A DNA stretch of 64,000 bases from Alphaproteobacteria bacterium. Its GTDB lineage: Bacteria > Pseudomonadota > Alphaproteobacteria > G965222575. Numbering within the stretch: the first letter of the stretch is position 1; every line of letters begins with the position of its first letter. Under the pieces are notes generated by a model. It did no database searches. It saw only the letters and a list, made by a program, of their open reading frames with translations, and was not told the DNA's origin. Of this stretch, positions 6,579 to 15,656 are shown in pieces. Position numbers and translations under genes: made by a program. The stretch covers positions 928,001-992,000 of the forward strand of contig OZ244958.1 of assembly GCA_965222575.1 (NCBI GenBank), written 5' to 3'.

Positions 6579-9500
6579 ATGAATACTATTGCATTGGAAT
6601 TAGAAGAGTTGCGAAAGAAGGTCCTCAACCCGACTAAAAAAAATCCTATGATTGATACAAAGATCAATAGCAGGTCATTTATTAGAATTGTGGATGAAGT
6701 GCCTAGTCAGCTTCTTAAAATTCTTGAAGAGGAGGAGAAGAAAATGAAAATTATCCCTTTGCCTCCTTTAGAGGAGGAGCCAAAGGATGAAAAAACTCAG
6801 GAGTTTATGAGGGAATTGATAAACGCACAGCATACTGATGAGGAATATAAACGTCAGATGAAAGACCTAGAGGAAAGAAGTGACAATGGTGATAAAGATT
6901 TGGAAAAAGAGGAAAAAGAGGAATATCTAGAACGGGAACTGAAGGATAGGGTACGCGAAACGCTAGGGTTAGAACCCAGACAAAAAAAAGAATCCCCCGA
7001 CCTTAAAAAACATGCGCGCAATCATAATATATCCCCAAGTTATGATTTGCCTCTTGAACCCAAGCGTCATAGTGATGAACGTCATATTGATAAGAATATT
7101 CAAACTCTTTATTTGCCTGATAAACTTCATGCCCTCTTAGAGAATCTCTGTAAAAGAGATAAAACATCCCAAGAAGAAAAGGGCACTGGAATTTTATACA
7201 TAGCACTTGGCTTTCTTGAATGGGGGGAAAATGAAGATAAGGTAAATCGATCACCTTTGGTGTTAATTCCAGTTCAAATTGAAAGAAAAAGTTCGCCAAA
7301 GGGGCCGGAATTTTGGATGTGTAGTGATGGACAGGAAGCGCAAGGAAACAGCCTTCTTGCTCAAAAACTCAAGGAAGAGTTCAAAATAGAATTAGAAGAC
7401 TATTCCTCTAGCAATACCTTAGAAGAGTATTTCCAGAAAATAGAAGAACAAAAACCCCCTACTATGAAGATATGGAATTTTAGAAGGTGGGGTATAATAG
7501 GAGGATTTTCTTTTGTTGGTTTAACCATGTATAAAGACCTTGACCCTGAACAATGGGAGAGCAACCTTGAGGAAAACTCCCTGGTCTCAACTTTACTCAA
7601 ATCTTCGGGAGGGGCAAGTAGTACTGGAAGTGCTGGATTATTTTGCGATGACTATAATACAGATGAAGAGGAAACTGAACAAAAATTTCCCTATCCCATA
7701 TTTTCAGCTGATCCATCACAGTTTAGTACAATAGTAGATGTAGTAAATGGAAAGGATTTAGCCGTTGAAGGGCCACCGGGCACTGGTAAATCACAAACAA
7801 TTATGAATACTATTGCAGCCATGTTGGCTGACCGTAAGAAAGTTCTTTTTATAGCGCAAAAGCAAGTCGCTATTGAGGTAGTCAGGTCACGCCTGCAAGA
7901 AAAAATAGGAGATTATGTATTGTCTTTGCAACCTAAACAAAAAAAGGAATTTTATACTTCTCTTAAAAAGAGAGTGGAACACGCAAGACCTGGAAAAATT
8001 TATAACTATAACCAGATTGAAAAAGAGCATAACAATTTTGGAAATGCAAGAAAAAAGATACAGTCATATTTGGAATTTTTAGGCACTAAGCCTCCCAAAA
8101 CAAACCTTACTATTCATGAGATTCTTGGACGAGCTGTCAAACATGATGTCATGAATCTTCCTAAAGAGTTCAAAAAAATTGAAATTGATATACAGGAAGT
8201 AACTAAAGAGATGCTTCGCACATGTCAGTCTCATTGTACAGACCTCTACAAGGCATACAAAAATGCTTCAGAAGGGAAGAGTTGTTGGGAACATGTTACA
8301 GAAGACAACGTAAATCTCTTCAGCGCAGAGACAATACTTGAGAACACCGAAGAATCTTCAACAGTTTTTACTCGAGCCGATGAAGGGATTAAAGAACTGA
8401 ATAAGGAACAGAAACATCACTTCTGTAATATTCACGAAGTTAACGAATATGTTAAAGACTGCTTAGAAGAAATAGAAAAGAAAGATTGGTCTTTTCCTAA
8501 AGATTATCCTGTAATTGCAGAATCTTTCCAGACTCATGCTAATTGTGCTGATGCATACAGAGAAAGGCTGAAGAAGGTTAAAAAATACAAAGAACACGTT
8601 GATGGATGCGGAGATTACCCTTTGAAAGCTCTTTTGAAAGCTCTTTCACTTTTTGATTTTAGAGAGATGCTCAAGATGTACTCCAATCTCCCCGAAGAGG
8701 TCTTAGGGATATCCCCACAGATAAAGAAACGATTAGATGACTCAAAGAAAGAATTTCCTCGTTTCAGTAAGGATTTCAGTGAGTTCCAAAAGAATAAAAA
8801 GGCGCTAGAAACGATATTTGAAAAACGGGTCTTTGAGGAGAAGTTTTGGAATGAATATAAGAAATCTATTGATACTCACATCAAACAGTTTTCTAGTGCT
8901 GGGGTGTTTTTCTTCTTTTTTTCAAAAGAGTATAGAAAAAGTAGAAAGTTTTACAGGCGTATAAGTAAGAGTGGATTCTTTGTTAATGGAATTGAAGCTG
9001 AGAAAAAACTCCACGCCTTGGTTGACTGGAAAAATAAAAGACGCCGATTTGAGGATGAGAAGAAAGAGATATTAGGCCCTTATAAGAAAGAGTTAAACTT
9101 GGATTCAAATATAAAGTCTTTTGAAGAGTATGTTGATTTTGTTAAGGAGATTGAAAACACATTTGGAGGAGATGATAAAAAAGAATTCCGCCAGAGATTC
9201 AAGGAAATTGATTCTGAGAACCTGCCAAGGATTAATGATGAAGACCCTATCTTTAAAATAGAAGAGAATATAAAGCTAGCAGATTTGGAGTGCTGTATAG
9301 AAGCAGAAGAAAAAAAGTCTCGTAAATGTAAATCTGATGCTGAACTTGTAAAAATTCTTAGTGAAGGTTACCCCAAATATTTCAAAGGCCTTGATGGTTC
9401 TCTAAAAAATGTTCCTATAGATACTGAAGGTTGGTTGGAGGACAAATCCTATTCGGAAATTTCAGAAATGCTCAAAGAGGCATCTCAAGATAAGGAGGGT

Positions 9501-11192
9501 CTATTGGATTATAGTAACCTCCTTTCAAAGAAAAACCAGCTGTATCAGAAGTTCCCTCAGATTGAGAGTCTTGTAGAGAATCTTTTAGAACAAAGCAATG
9601 AGAATTTCCCTAAGATTATTGAAGCACGCATCATATATGAAATGCTAGAAGGTGTTTACAACAACTACAACAAATCTTTTTTTCAAGAACAAGACATTGA
9701 TTCCTTAAGAAAAAAATTTCAGGACGCACATTCCAACATTATAGAATACTCCCCTCAACATATACAGTCTATCATTCACTGCGACTTCACTGCTATTCCT
9801 GAAGGGGAGAAAGGAAAGTCTACGAAGGATTATACCGAAGGAGCGTTGATAAAGCATGAGTGCGCTAAGGAAAAAAGACACATATCAGTTAGGCGCTGTG
9901 TAAAACAGGCTACGGAATCCCTATTAGAGTTGAAGCCATGTTGGATGATGTCTCCCCTAACAGTGGCAGAATATCTCCCCCAGAAAGAGATATTTGATCT
10001 TGTCATCATTGATGAAGCTTCCCAAATGCCTCTGGGAGAAGCACTGGGTGCGTTGCTTCGTGCTAAGAACGCTATGATAGTTGGTGACCGCCATCAATTA
10101 CCTGCAACATCTGCTTTTAAATTCGTTTACAAGAGTGATGATGCAGGGATAGAGTCGGTTTTAGATAAAGCAAATAGCGTTTTTCCTAAACGCCGGTTGC
10201 AGTATCATTATCGCTCAAAACATGAAAGTCTTATCTCCTTTTCTAATAAACATATCTATAATGATAAACTTGAAGTTTCTTCATCTCCCATTAAAAATGA
10301 TGATCTAGGTGTTTATTATACTAAAGTGGAGGGAAAGTATTCCGGGGGTGGTGAAAATCTTAAGGAAGCAGAAGAGATGGCACTCAATATTTGTGAGTTT
10401 ATGGAAAAGAATCCGAAGAAATCATTGGGTGTGGTTGTAATGAATGCAACACAACAAGAGCTTCTTGACGAGCAAATGAAACTATTAAGAAGTGATGATA
10501 AAGATGTAGAAAAGTATATTAAAAGTTGGGAAAAACGTACAGAATCTTTCTTCATTAAAGCTTTAGAAAATGTACAAGGAGATGAACGGGATGTTATCTT
10601 TATAGGTACTGTTTACGGTCCCGATAAACAAGGACGAGTTTTTCAGAGATTTGGGGATATCAACAAAGATTACGGATACCGCCGTTTGAATGTTCTTTTT
10701 ACAAGGGCGAAGGAAAAAATAGTTACGTTTTCTTCTATGACTCCTGAAGATATCACAGCAAAGAATCGTGGAGCAGAGATGCTTAAGAAATGGCTATTAT
10801 ATTCTTATACAGGTCAATTAGAGGGTGGGGAAGATTCAGGCAGAGAACCAGACAGTACATTTGAAGAAGCTGTCATAGAGGTAATAGAGAGCTGGGATTA
10901 TAAAGCAGTTCCACAAGTCGGAGTTAAGAGGTATCGTATAGATATAGGGATAAAGCATCCAGCGTATCCTTATGGATATCTTATGGGGATAGAATGCGAT
11001 GGTGCACAGTATCACTCCTCATATGATGCACGTCAGCGAGACCACCTTAGAGAAGAGTTCTTAAAAACGCAGGGATGGAAATTGTATAGAATCTGGTCTA
11101 CTGACTGGTTTCATGACAAGCAAAAGGCAAGTGAAAAGCTGAAGGAAGAACTTGATAAAGCGTTAAGAGAAAAGACAAGTACTGTTGCTTGA
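6579..11192 (+). CDS. DUF4011 + SF1 (UPF1-like) helicase + C-terminal Vsr-like nuclease; Hhe-like anti-phage protein
   Basis: LYIALGFLEW and SPLVLIPV (DUF4011); EGPPGTGKSQT; DEASQ; VGDRHQL; HYRS; ENVQGDERD; RRLNVLFTRAK; IECDGAQYH...RIWSTDWF. Confidence 0.88.
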   Translation: MNTIALELEELRKKVLNPTKKNPMIDTKINSRSFIRIVDEVPSQLLKILEEEEKKMKIIPLPPLEEEPKDEKTQEFMRELINAQHTDEEYKRQMKDLEERSDNGDKDLEKEEKEEYLERELKDRVRETLGLEPRQKKESPDLKKHARNHNISPSYDLPLEPKRHSDERHIDKNIQTLYLPDKLHALLENLCKRDKTSQEEKGTGILYIALGFLEWGENEDKVNRSPLVLIPVQIERKSSPKGPEFWMCSDGQEAQGNSLLAQKLKEEFKIELEDYSSSNTLEEYFQKIEEQKPPTMKIWNFRRWGIIGGFSFVGLTMYKDLDPEQWESNLEENSLVSTLLKSSGGASSTGSAGLFCDDYNTDEEETEQKFPYPIFSADPSQFSTIVDVVNGKDLAVEGPPGTGKSQTIMNTIAAMLADRKKVLFIAQKQVAIEVVRSRLQEKIGDYVLSLQPKQKKEFYTSLKKRVEHARPGKIYNYNQIEKEHNNFGNARKKIQSYLEFLGTKPPKTNLTIHEILGRAVKHDVMNLPKEFKKIEIDIQEVTKEMLRTCQSHCTDLYKAYKNASEGKSCWEHVTEDNVNLFSAETILENTEESSTVFTRADEGIKELNKEQKHHFCNIHEVNEYVKDCLEEIEKKDWSFPKDYPVIAESFQTHANCADAYRERLKKVKKYKEHVDGCGDYPLKALLKALSLFDFREMLKMYSNLPEEVLGISPQIKKRLDDSKKEFPRFSKDFSEFQKNKKALETIFEKRVFEEKFWNEYKKSIDTHIKQFSSAGVFFFFFSKEYRKSRKFYRRISKSGFFVNGIEAEKKLHALVDWKNKRRRFEDEKKEILGPYKKELNLDSNIKSFEEYVDFVKEIENTFGGDDKKEFRQRFKEIDSENLPRINDEDPIFKIEENIKLADLECCIEAEEKKSRKCKSDAELVKILSEGYPKYFKGLDGSLKNVPIDTEGWLEDKSYSEISEMLKEASQDKEGLLDYSNLLSKKNQLYQKFPQIESLVENLLEQSNENFPKIIEARIIYEMLEGVYNNYNKSFFQEQDIDSLRKKFQDAHSNIIEYSPQHIQSIIHCDFTAIPEGEKGKSTKDYTEGALIKHECAKEKRHISVRRCVKQATESLLELKPCWMMSPLTVAEYLPQKEIFDLVIIDEASQMPLGEALGALLRAKNAMIVGDRHQLPATSAFKFVYKSDDAGIESVLDKANSVFPKRRLQYHYRSKHESLISFSNKHIYNDKLEVSSSPIKNDDLGVYYTKVEGKYSGGGENLKEAEEMALNICEFMEKNPKKSLGVVVMNATQQELLDEQMKLLRSDDKDVEKYIKSWEKRTESFFIKALENVQGDERDVIFIGTVYGPDKQGRVFQRFGDINKDYGYRRLNVLFTRAKEKIVTFSSMTPEDITAKNRGAEMLKKWLLYSYTGQLEGGEDSGREPDSTFEEAVIEVIESWDYKAVPQVGVKRYRIDIGIKHPAYPYGYLMGIECDGAQYHSSYDARQRDHLREEFLKTQGWKLYRIWSTDWFHDKQKASEKLKEELDKALREKTSTVA

Positions 11193-11196
11193 GGCA

Positions 11197-11241
11197 AAGG
11201 GGCTAGACCTCTGAGACATAGAGTCTCCCTTCTGCTTCTCT
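11197..11241 (-). pseudogene. Remnant of the 3' end of a phage lysozyme gene
   Basis: AAGGGGCTAGACCTCTGAGACATAGAGTCTCCCTTCTGCTTCTCT matches 26045-26089 with 3 mismatches. Confidence 0.75.
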
Positions 11242-11266
11242 TCCCCAAGCAAGGCGTTCCTCCTCC

Positions 11267-13525
11267 TCACACTCTTATATTCCGCATACCTGTAGGGTCT
11301 CTTAACTCAGGAAGAGGAACAGGAGGAGGAGGAACAGGACGAAGTTTCGGAACAGGAACAGGAGGAGGAGGAAGAACAGGAGGAGGAGGAAGAACAGGAG
11401 GAGGAACAGGACGAAATTTCGGAACAGGAAGAGGAGGAGGAGGACAAAGTTCCGGAACAGGAGGAGGAGGAGGAGGAACAGGAACAGGAGGAAGTTTCGG
11501 AACAGGAGGAATCCTGAAATTCCTTACATTCCAATAACAAGGAGCCGTACTAGGATCGGTAAGATCAAATCCCTTAGGATATGTAGTAGAATCGTTAACA
11601 TCAAACCCCAGAGGAAAAGTTGATGAATCATTCAAATCTACAGTAATCCTAACTTTCTTATAAAGAGAAGAAAACAAACCACCTACATTTACAGGATCAT
11701 CTCTACTTCCCATCAATTTACCTGCACGATATTCCAAAACCAGCCAATCATTCGCATCTGATGCTCTAACTGATCTAGGGAAAAAATGCCATATCAGATA
11801 AGAATGGGGATCAACCCCCGTAGGAATGGTGTGCTTAAACCATTCCATCAAAGGCACAAAAAACCTTTCTTCTTGAGTTAAAGGCCACCTCAAACGCAAT
11901 CCCTCCAAATACTCAGAAACCCTTTGAAGTGAAGGAAATAAATACCGATAAAGCTCCTCAAACCACGCACCAAACGGGGGTACACCCCACATTTCACTAA
12001 AACCCTCTTGAAATGGAGACAAAGCCCTAAGCTTTTTTTCATTAAAATCAATAATACGATTAAAAATACCATATCCCCAAGCCTGGGCCAGCCCAGCCTG
12101 GTCCAGCCAATTCCACCTTGATATCCCCTTAGGAGTAAAAAAATAATCAAGCTTATACTTTTGCTTTATTGCCAGAGGCAAGCTCCCATATCCTGACTGT
12201 TGTACCGTACGAATAATATCTATAAGGGCATGTGCATCTGCAGGAGGCTGAATGACAAACTTAGGACGATACCCCGGAGAATTATACTCATACATAAAAG
12301 AATCAGCATACGTACTCTCATCCCCATACCCATAAAAAGCCCCCCTTTGAGGATAAGGACTCCTCTCTGCCCTCCTCGGTATTGCCAGTGCCCTCGAAAG
12401 CCATCCTTTTTCATACTTCTTCTGTGTGGGGTCTTTTTTCACAATCGATAGGTAATACGCCTTCGACTGCCTGCACAGCTCGTATACTAAGTCCAAGTTT
12501 CTTACTAACTTCGGGTCAAGAACGGCGTTCAGCGCTCCTAGAGTCTTAGGCCCCATTATCCCATCCACTGCCATCCCATCCACTGCCAATGCCTCATCTC
12601 TAGCTTTATTTAAGGCCTTCTGTATCTTATTTAAGGTCAACTGCACCAACTGCACCGCTTGGGAGAGACTCAGACCCGCGGCCGTGTCACACAGCTTGGC
12701 TGCCAAAACTTCATCTTTTATCTCATCACACTTCAACATCTCCCACAAATACTTCAATATCTTCTTTGCTTTGTCCGTCGTCAAGTTCTGAATATCAGTG
12801 GCCGTGACGTTGGGATGGAAGCCCTGATAAGAATTAAGGCTTATGTTGTACTTCGTCTGGCCTCCCTTGTCAGTGGAACTATCCGAAACCCCTACCTCTT
12901 CCTTAAGGATAAACTTCAAAGTCGCACAAAATGGTATTGTTATATCCTCCGTTTTCTCCGTATTCTCCGTATTCTCTGGTCTTCTGTTTCCCCTCTTCAG
13001 CCATCCTGTATAATTCTCAAATGCGGAGTTCTTTTTCATAAGCAATAGGTAAAACCCTGTCGAATGAAAGCGCAGATATTCTATTAAGTCGTCGCTAAAA
13101 GTGGCGTTCAGCGCTTTTAGAGTCTTAGGCCCCATTTTCCCATCCAATGCCAATGCCTCATTTTTATAGTAAATATTTAAGGCCTCCTGTAGCAACTTTA
13201 TCGCTTGGGGCACGCCCATATTCACGGCCATGTCAAACAGCTTGATTGCCACACTTTCATCTTTTATCTCACCACCCAACACCTCCTCCCAAAAATGCTC
13301 CCTAAGTATCTCCTCCGCTTCCGACACCGTCAAGTTCTTCATTTGCTTGGCCGTGAAGGTGTCATCGATGGTTTGAAGAAATTGAAGGCTTATGCCGTAC
13401 TTCGTCGCACCTCCAGGGTCGTTGGGGTCATTCGAAAACACTCCCTCATTCTGCGCCACGTAATCGAGAGCAGACCGAAACCTCGTATTTCTATTCGTAT
13501 TTATATATATATCATATACTGTCAT
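11267..13525 (-). CDS. Tandem GH108 muramidase/PG-binding protein with unknown domain and Pro-rich C-terminus
   Basis: EGVFSNDPNDPGGATKYGI...FDMAVNMG...DGKMGPKTL...GWLKR, repeated as EEVG...DKGGQTKYNI...DGIMGPKTL...GWLSR. C-terminal PPVPPPPP repeats. Confidence 0.85.
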   Translation of the reverse strand: MTVYDIYINTNRNTRFRSALDYVAQNEGVFSNDPNDPGGATKYGISLQFLQTIDDTFTAKQMKNLTVSEAEEILREHFWEEVLGGEIKDESVAIKLFDMAVNMGVPQAIKLLQEALNIYYKNEALALDGKMGPKTLKALNATFSDDLIEYLRFHSTGFYLLLMKKNSAFENYTGWLKRGNRRPENTENTEKTEDITIPFCATLKFILKEEVGVSDSSTDKGGQTKYNISLNSYQGFHPNVTATDIQNLTTDKAKKILKYLWEMLKCDEIKDEVLAAKLCDTAAGLSLSQAVQLVQLTLNKIQKALNKARDEALAVDGMAVDGIMGPKTLGALNAVLDPKLVRNLDLVYELCRQSKAYYLSIVKKDPTQKKYEKGWLSRALAIPRRAERSPYPQRGAFYGYGDESTYADSFMYEYNSPGYRPKFVIQPPADAHALIDIIRTVQQSGYGSLPLAIKQKYKLDYFFTPKGISRWNWLDQAGLAQAWGYGIFNRIIDFNEKKLRALSPFQEGFSEMWGVPPFGAWFEELYRYLFPSLQRVSEYLEGLRLRWPLTQEERFFVPLMEWFKHTIPTGVDPHSYLIWHFFPRSVRASDANDWLVLEYRAGKLMGSRDDPVNVGGLFSSLYKKVRITVDLNDSSTFPLGFDVNDSTTYPKGFDLTDPSTAPCYWNVRNFRIPPVPKLPPVPVPPPPPPVPELCPPPPLPVPKFRPVPPPVLPPPPVLPPPPVPVPKLRPVPPPPVPLPELRDPTGMRNIRV

Positions 13526-13702
13526 ATTTCTTCTTCAACCTCACTGTTTTGTTATAACTCAATTCCAATAAGCGGGACGCTAATACCTCATTTTCATTAT
13601 GCGGACCTGCTTTCCTCTTTGTTAGAGTCTAAGACATATTTTTTTTCCAACCCCCCTGTAGTAGCTAAATGCCAGAGCGAAAAGCGGCTAGAGGGGCAAG
13701 AC

Positions 13703-13731
13703 TTTACTTCTTAGAGGCTGTATGCTATCCT
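13703..13731 (+). promoter_or_regulatory. Putative sigma70 promoter of the ankyrin cassette (repeated before each cassette)
   Basis: TTTACT-17 nt-TATCCT with extended -10 TGn. Identical upstream of all four secreted ankyrin genes on the plus strand. Confidence 0.55.
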
Positions 13732-13762
13732 AAACAAGGTTCGTAAAGAAGAGGTACTTAAT

Positions 13763-15505
13763 ATGAAAAGACTATGGTGTCTCTTCAGTGTCCTTGTACT
13801 GGTGGGGTCTCTTGCCCGAGCCTTTCCCCTTCACAATGCTGCCCAAAGGGGTGATCTTGATACCATCAAGGGGCTCATAGCTAAGGGGGCGGATGTGAAT
13901 GCACATGACTTTATACTCGAAGGCAATACACCGCTCCATGAGGCAGCTTGGGACGGACACAAAGAGGTAGTGGAATTTCTGCTGCAAGCAGGGGCGGATG
14001 TGAATGCACAGAACAAGCACAACTGGACACCGCTCCATATGGCAGCCTATTGGGGGCACAAGGAAGTAGCAGAGGTTCTTGTGAAAGCAGGAGCTAACCT
14101 AGAGGCAAAAGAAGCCTTGTTTTACAAGACACCGCTCCATACGGCAGAGCGGGCATTAAAAGCAACAATAGACGAAGAAAAAAAGCAGCGCCTCTCTGAG
14201 GTGATAGAGTATCTGAAAAGCAAGGAAGCGGATGACGGCTGGACACCACTCCATAGGGCAGCCTCTGAGGGGCACAAGGAGGTAGTGGAAGTTCTTTTGG
14301 AGAAGGGGGCGGAGGTGAATGCAAAGGACAAGTACGGCGTGACACCGCTCCATAGGGCAGTCTATAAGGGACACAAAGAAGTGGTGACATTCCTAGTGGC
14401 GCAGGGGGCTTCTGTGAAGGCACAGGACAAGTACGGCGGGACACCGCTCCATGGGGCAGCTTGGAACGGACACAAAGAGGTGGTGGAGGTTCTGCTACAA
14501 GCAGGGGCGGATGTGAATGCACTAAGCGATATCCATGGGACACCGCTCCATAGGGCAGTCTATAAGGGACACAAAGAAGTGGTGACATTCCTAGTGGCGC
14601 AGGGGGCTTCTGTGAAGGCACAGGACAATTACGGTGGGACACCGCTCCATAAGGCAGCCGAGGGTGGACACAAGGAGGTAGTGGAGGTTCTTTTGGAGAA
14701 GGGGGCTTCTGTGAATGCAAAGAGCAAGAAAGGCGTGACACCGCTCCATTGGGCAGCCGAAAAGGGACACGAAGAAGTGGTGACATTCCTAGTGGCGCAG
14801 GGGGCGGATGTGAATGCACAGGACAAGGAAGGCGAGACACCATTCCATAGGGCAGCCGAAAAGGGACACAAAGAGGTGGTGACATTCCTAGTGGCGCAGG
14901 GGGCGGATATCCACGCAAAGGACGATTACGGCTATACACCGCTCCATGAGGCAGCCGATAATGGACACAAGGAAGTGGTGACATTCCTAGTGGCGCAGGG
15001 GGCGGATGTGAATGCAAAGCACAAGTACGGCGAGACACCGCTCTATATGGCAGTTTATAAGGGACACAAAGAAGTGGTGACATTCCTAGTGGCCCAGGGG
15101 GCGGATGTGAAGGCACGAAACGATACCGGCAGGACACCGCTCCATTTGGCAGCTTGGAACGGGTACACGGAGGAAGTGGTGTTCTTTGTAGAGAAGGGGG
15201 CGGAGGTGAATGTACAGGACAAGTACGGCAATACACCGCTCCATTGGGCAGCCAAAAAGGGACACAAAGAGGTGGTGACATTCCTAGTGGAGAAGGGGGC
15301 AGATGTGAATGCACAGGACAAGGACGGCAGGACACCGCTCCATTGGGCAGTCTTATATGGACACAAGGAGGTGGTGACATTCCTAGTGGAAGCAGGGGCG
15401 GATGTGCATGCACAGGACAAGGACGGCGTGACACCGCTCCGTTGGGCAGACAGTGGGGGGCACAAGGAGGTAGTGGCGTATCTGAAAAGCAAGGGGGCTA
15501 AGTAG
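13763..15505 (+). CDS. Secreted ankyrin-repeat protein (580 aa)
   Basis: Signal peptide MKRLWCLFSVLVLVGSLARA; canonical 33-aa repeats. Confidence 0.95.
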   Translation: MKRLWCLFSVLVLVGSLARAFPLHNAAQRGDLDTIKGLIAKGADVNAHDFILEGNTPLHEAAWDGHKEVVEFLLQAGADVNAQNKHNWTPLHMAAYWGHKEVAEVLVKAGANLEAKEALFYKTPLHTAERALKATIDEEKKQRLSEVIEYLKSKEADDGWTPLHRAASEGHKEVVEVLLEKGAEVNAKDKYGVTPLHRAVYKGHKEVVTFLVAQGASVKAQDKYGGTPLHGAAWNGHKEVVEVLLQAGADVNALSDIHGTPLHRAVYKGHKEVVTFLVAQGASVKAQDNYGGTPLHKAAEGGHKEVVEVLLEKGASVNAKSKKGVTPLHWAAEKGHEEVVTFLVAQGADVNAQDKEGETPFHRAAEKGHKEVVTFLVAQGADIHAKDDYGYTPLHEAADNGHKEVVTFLVAQGADVNAKHKYGETPLYMAVYKGHKEVVTFLVAQGADVKARNDTGRTPLHLAAWNGYTEEVVFFVEKGAEVNVQDKYGNTPLHWAAKKGHKEVVTFLVEKGADVNAQDKDGRTPLHWAVLYGHKEVVTFLVEAGADVHAQDKDGVTPLRWADSGGHKEVVAYLKSKGAK

Positions 15506-15656
15506 TCACCTCCGCACACGAGGTTTGGTACATCCTAGCGATATGCCCCTCAGTGGTATTAGCTCCCTAAGCGAAAAGCGGCTAGAGGGGCAAGACTTTA
15601 CTTCTTAGAGGCTGTATGCTATCCTAAACAAGGTTCGTAAAGAAGAGGTACTTAAT
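15506..15656. repeat. Conserved 151-bp inter-cassette element (also 18462-18612, 23615-23765; partial ~13676-13762)
   Basis: Near-identical copies. Contains a TGCCCCTC...GAGGGGCA inverted repeat, the promoter and the RBS. Confidence 0.92.

Noticed and set aside
15506-15656. Inter-ankyrin element as an integron attC site
   Set aside because: No RYYYAAC/GTTRRRY ends, it carries a promoter, and the nearby integrase is phage-type.
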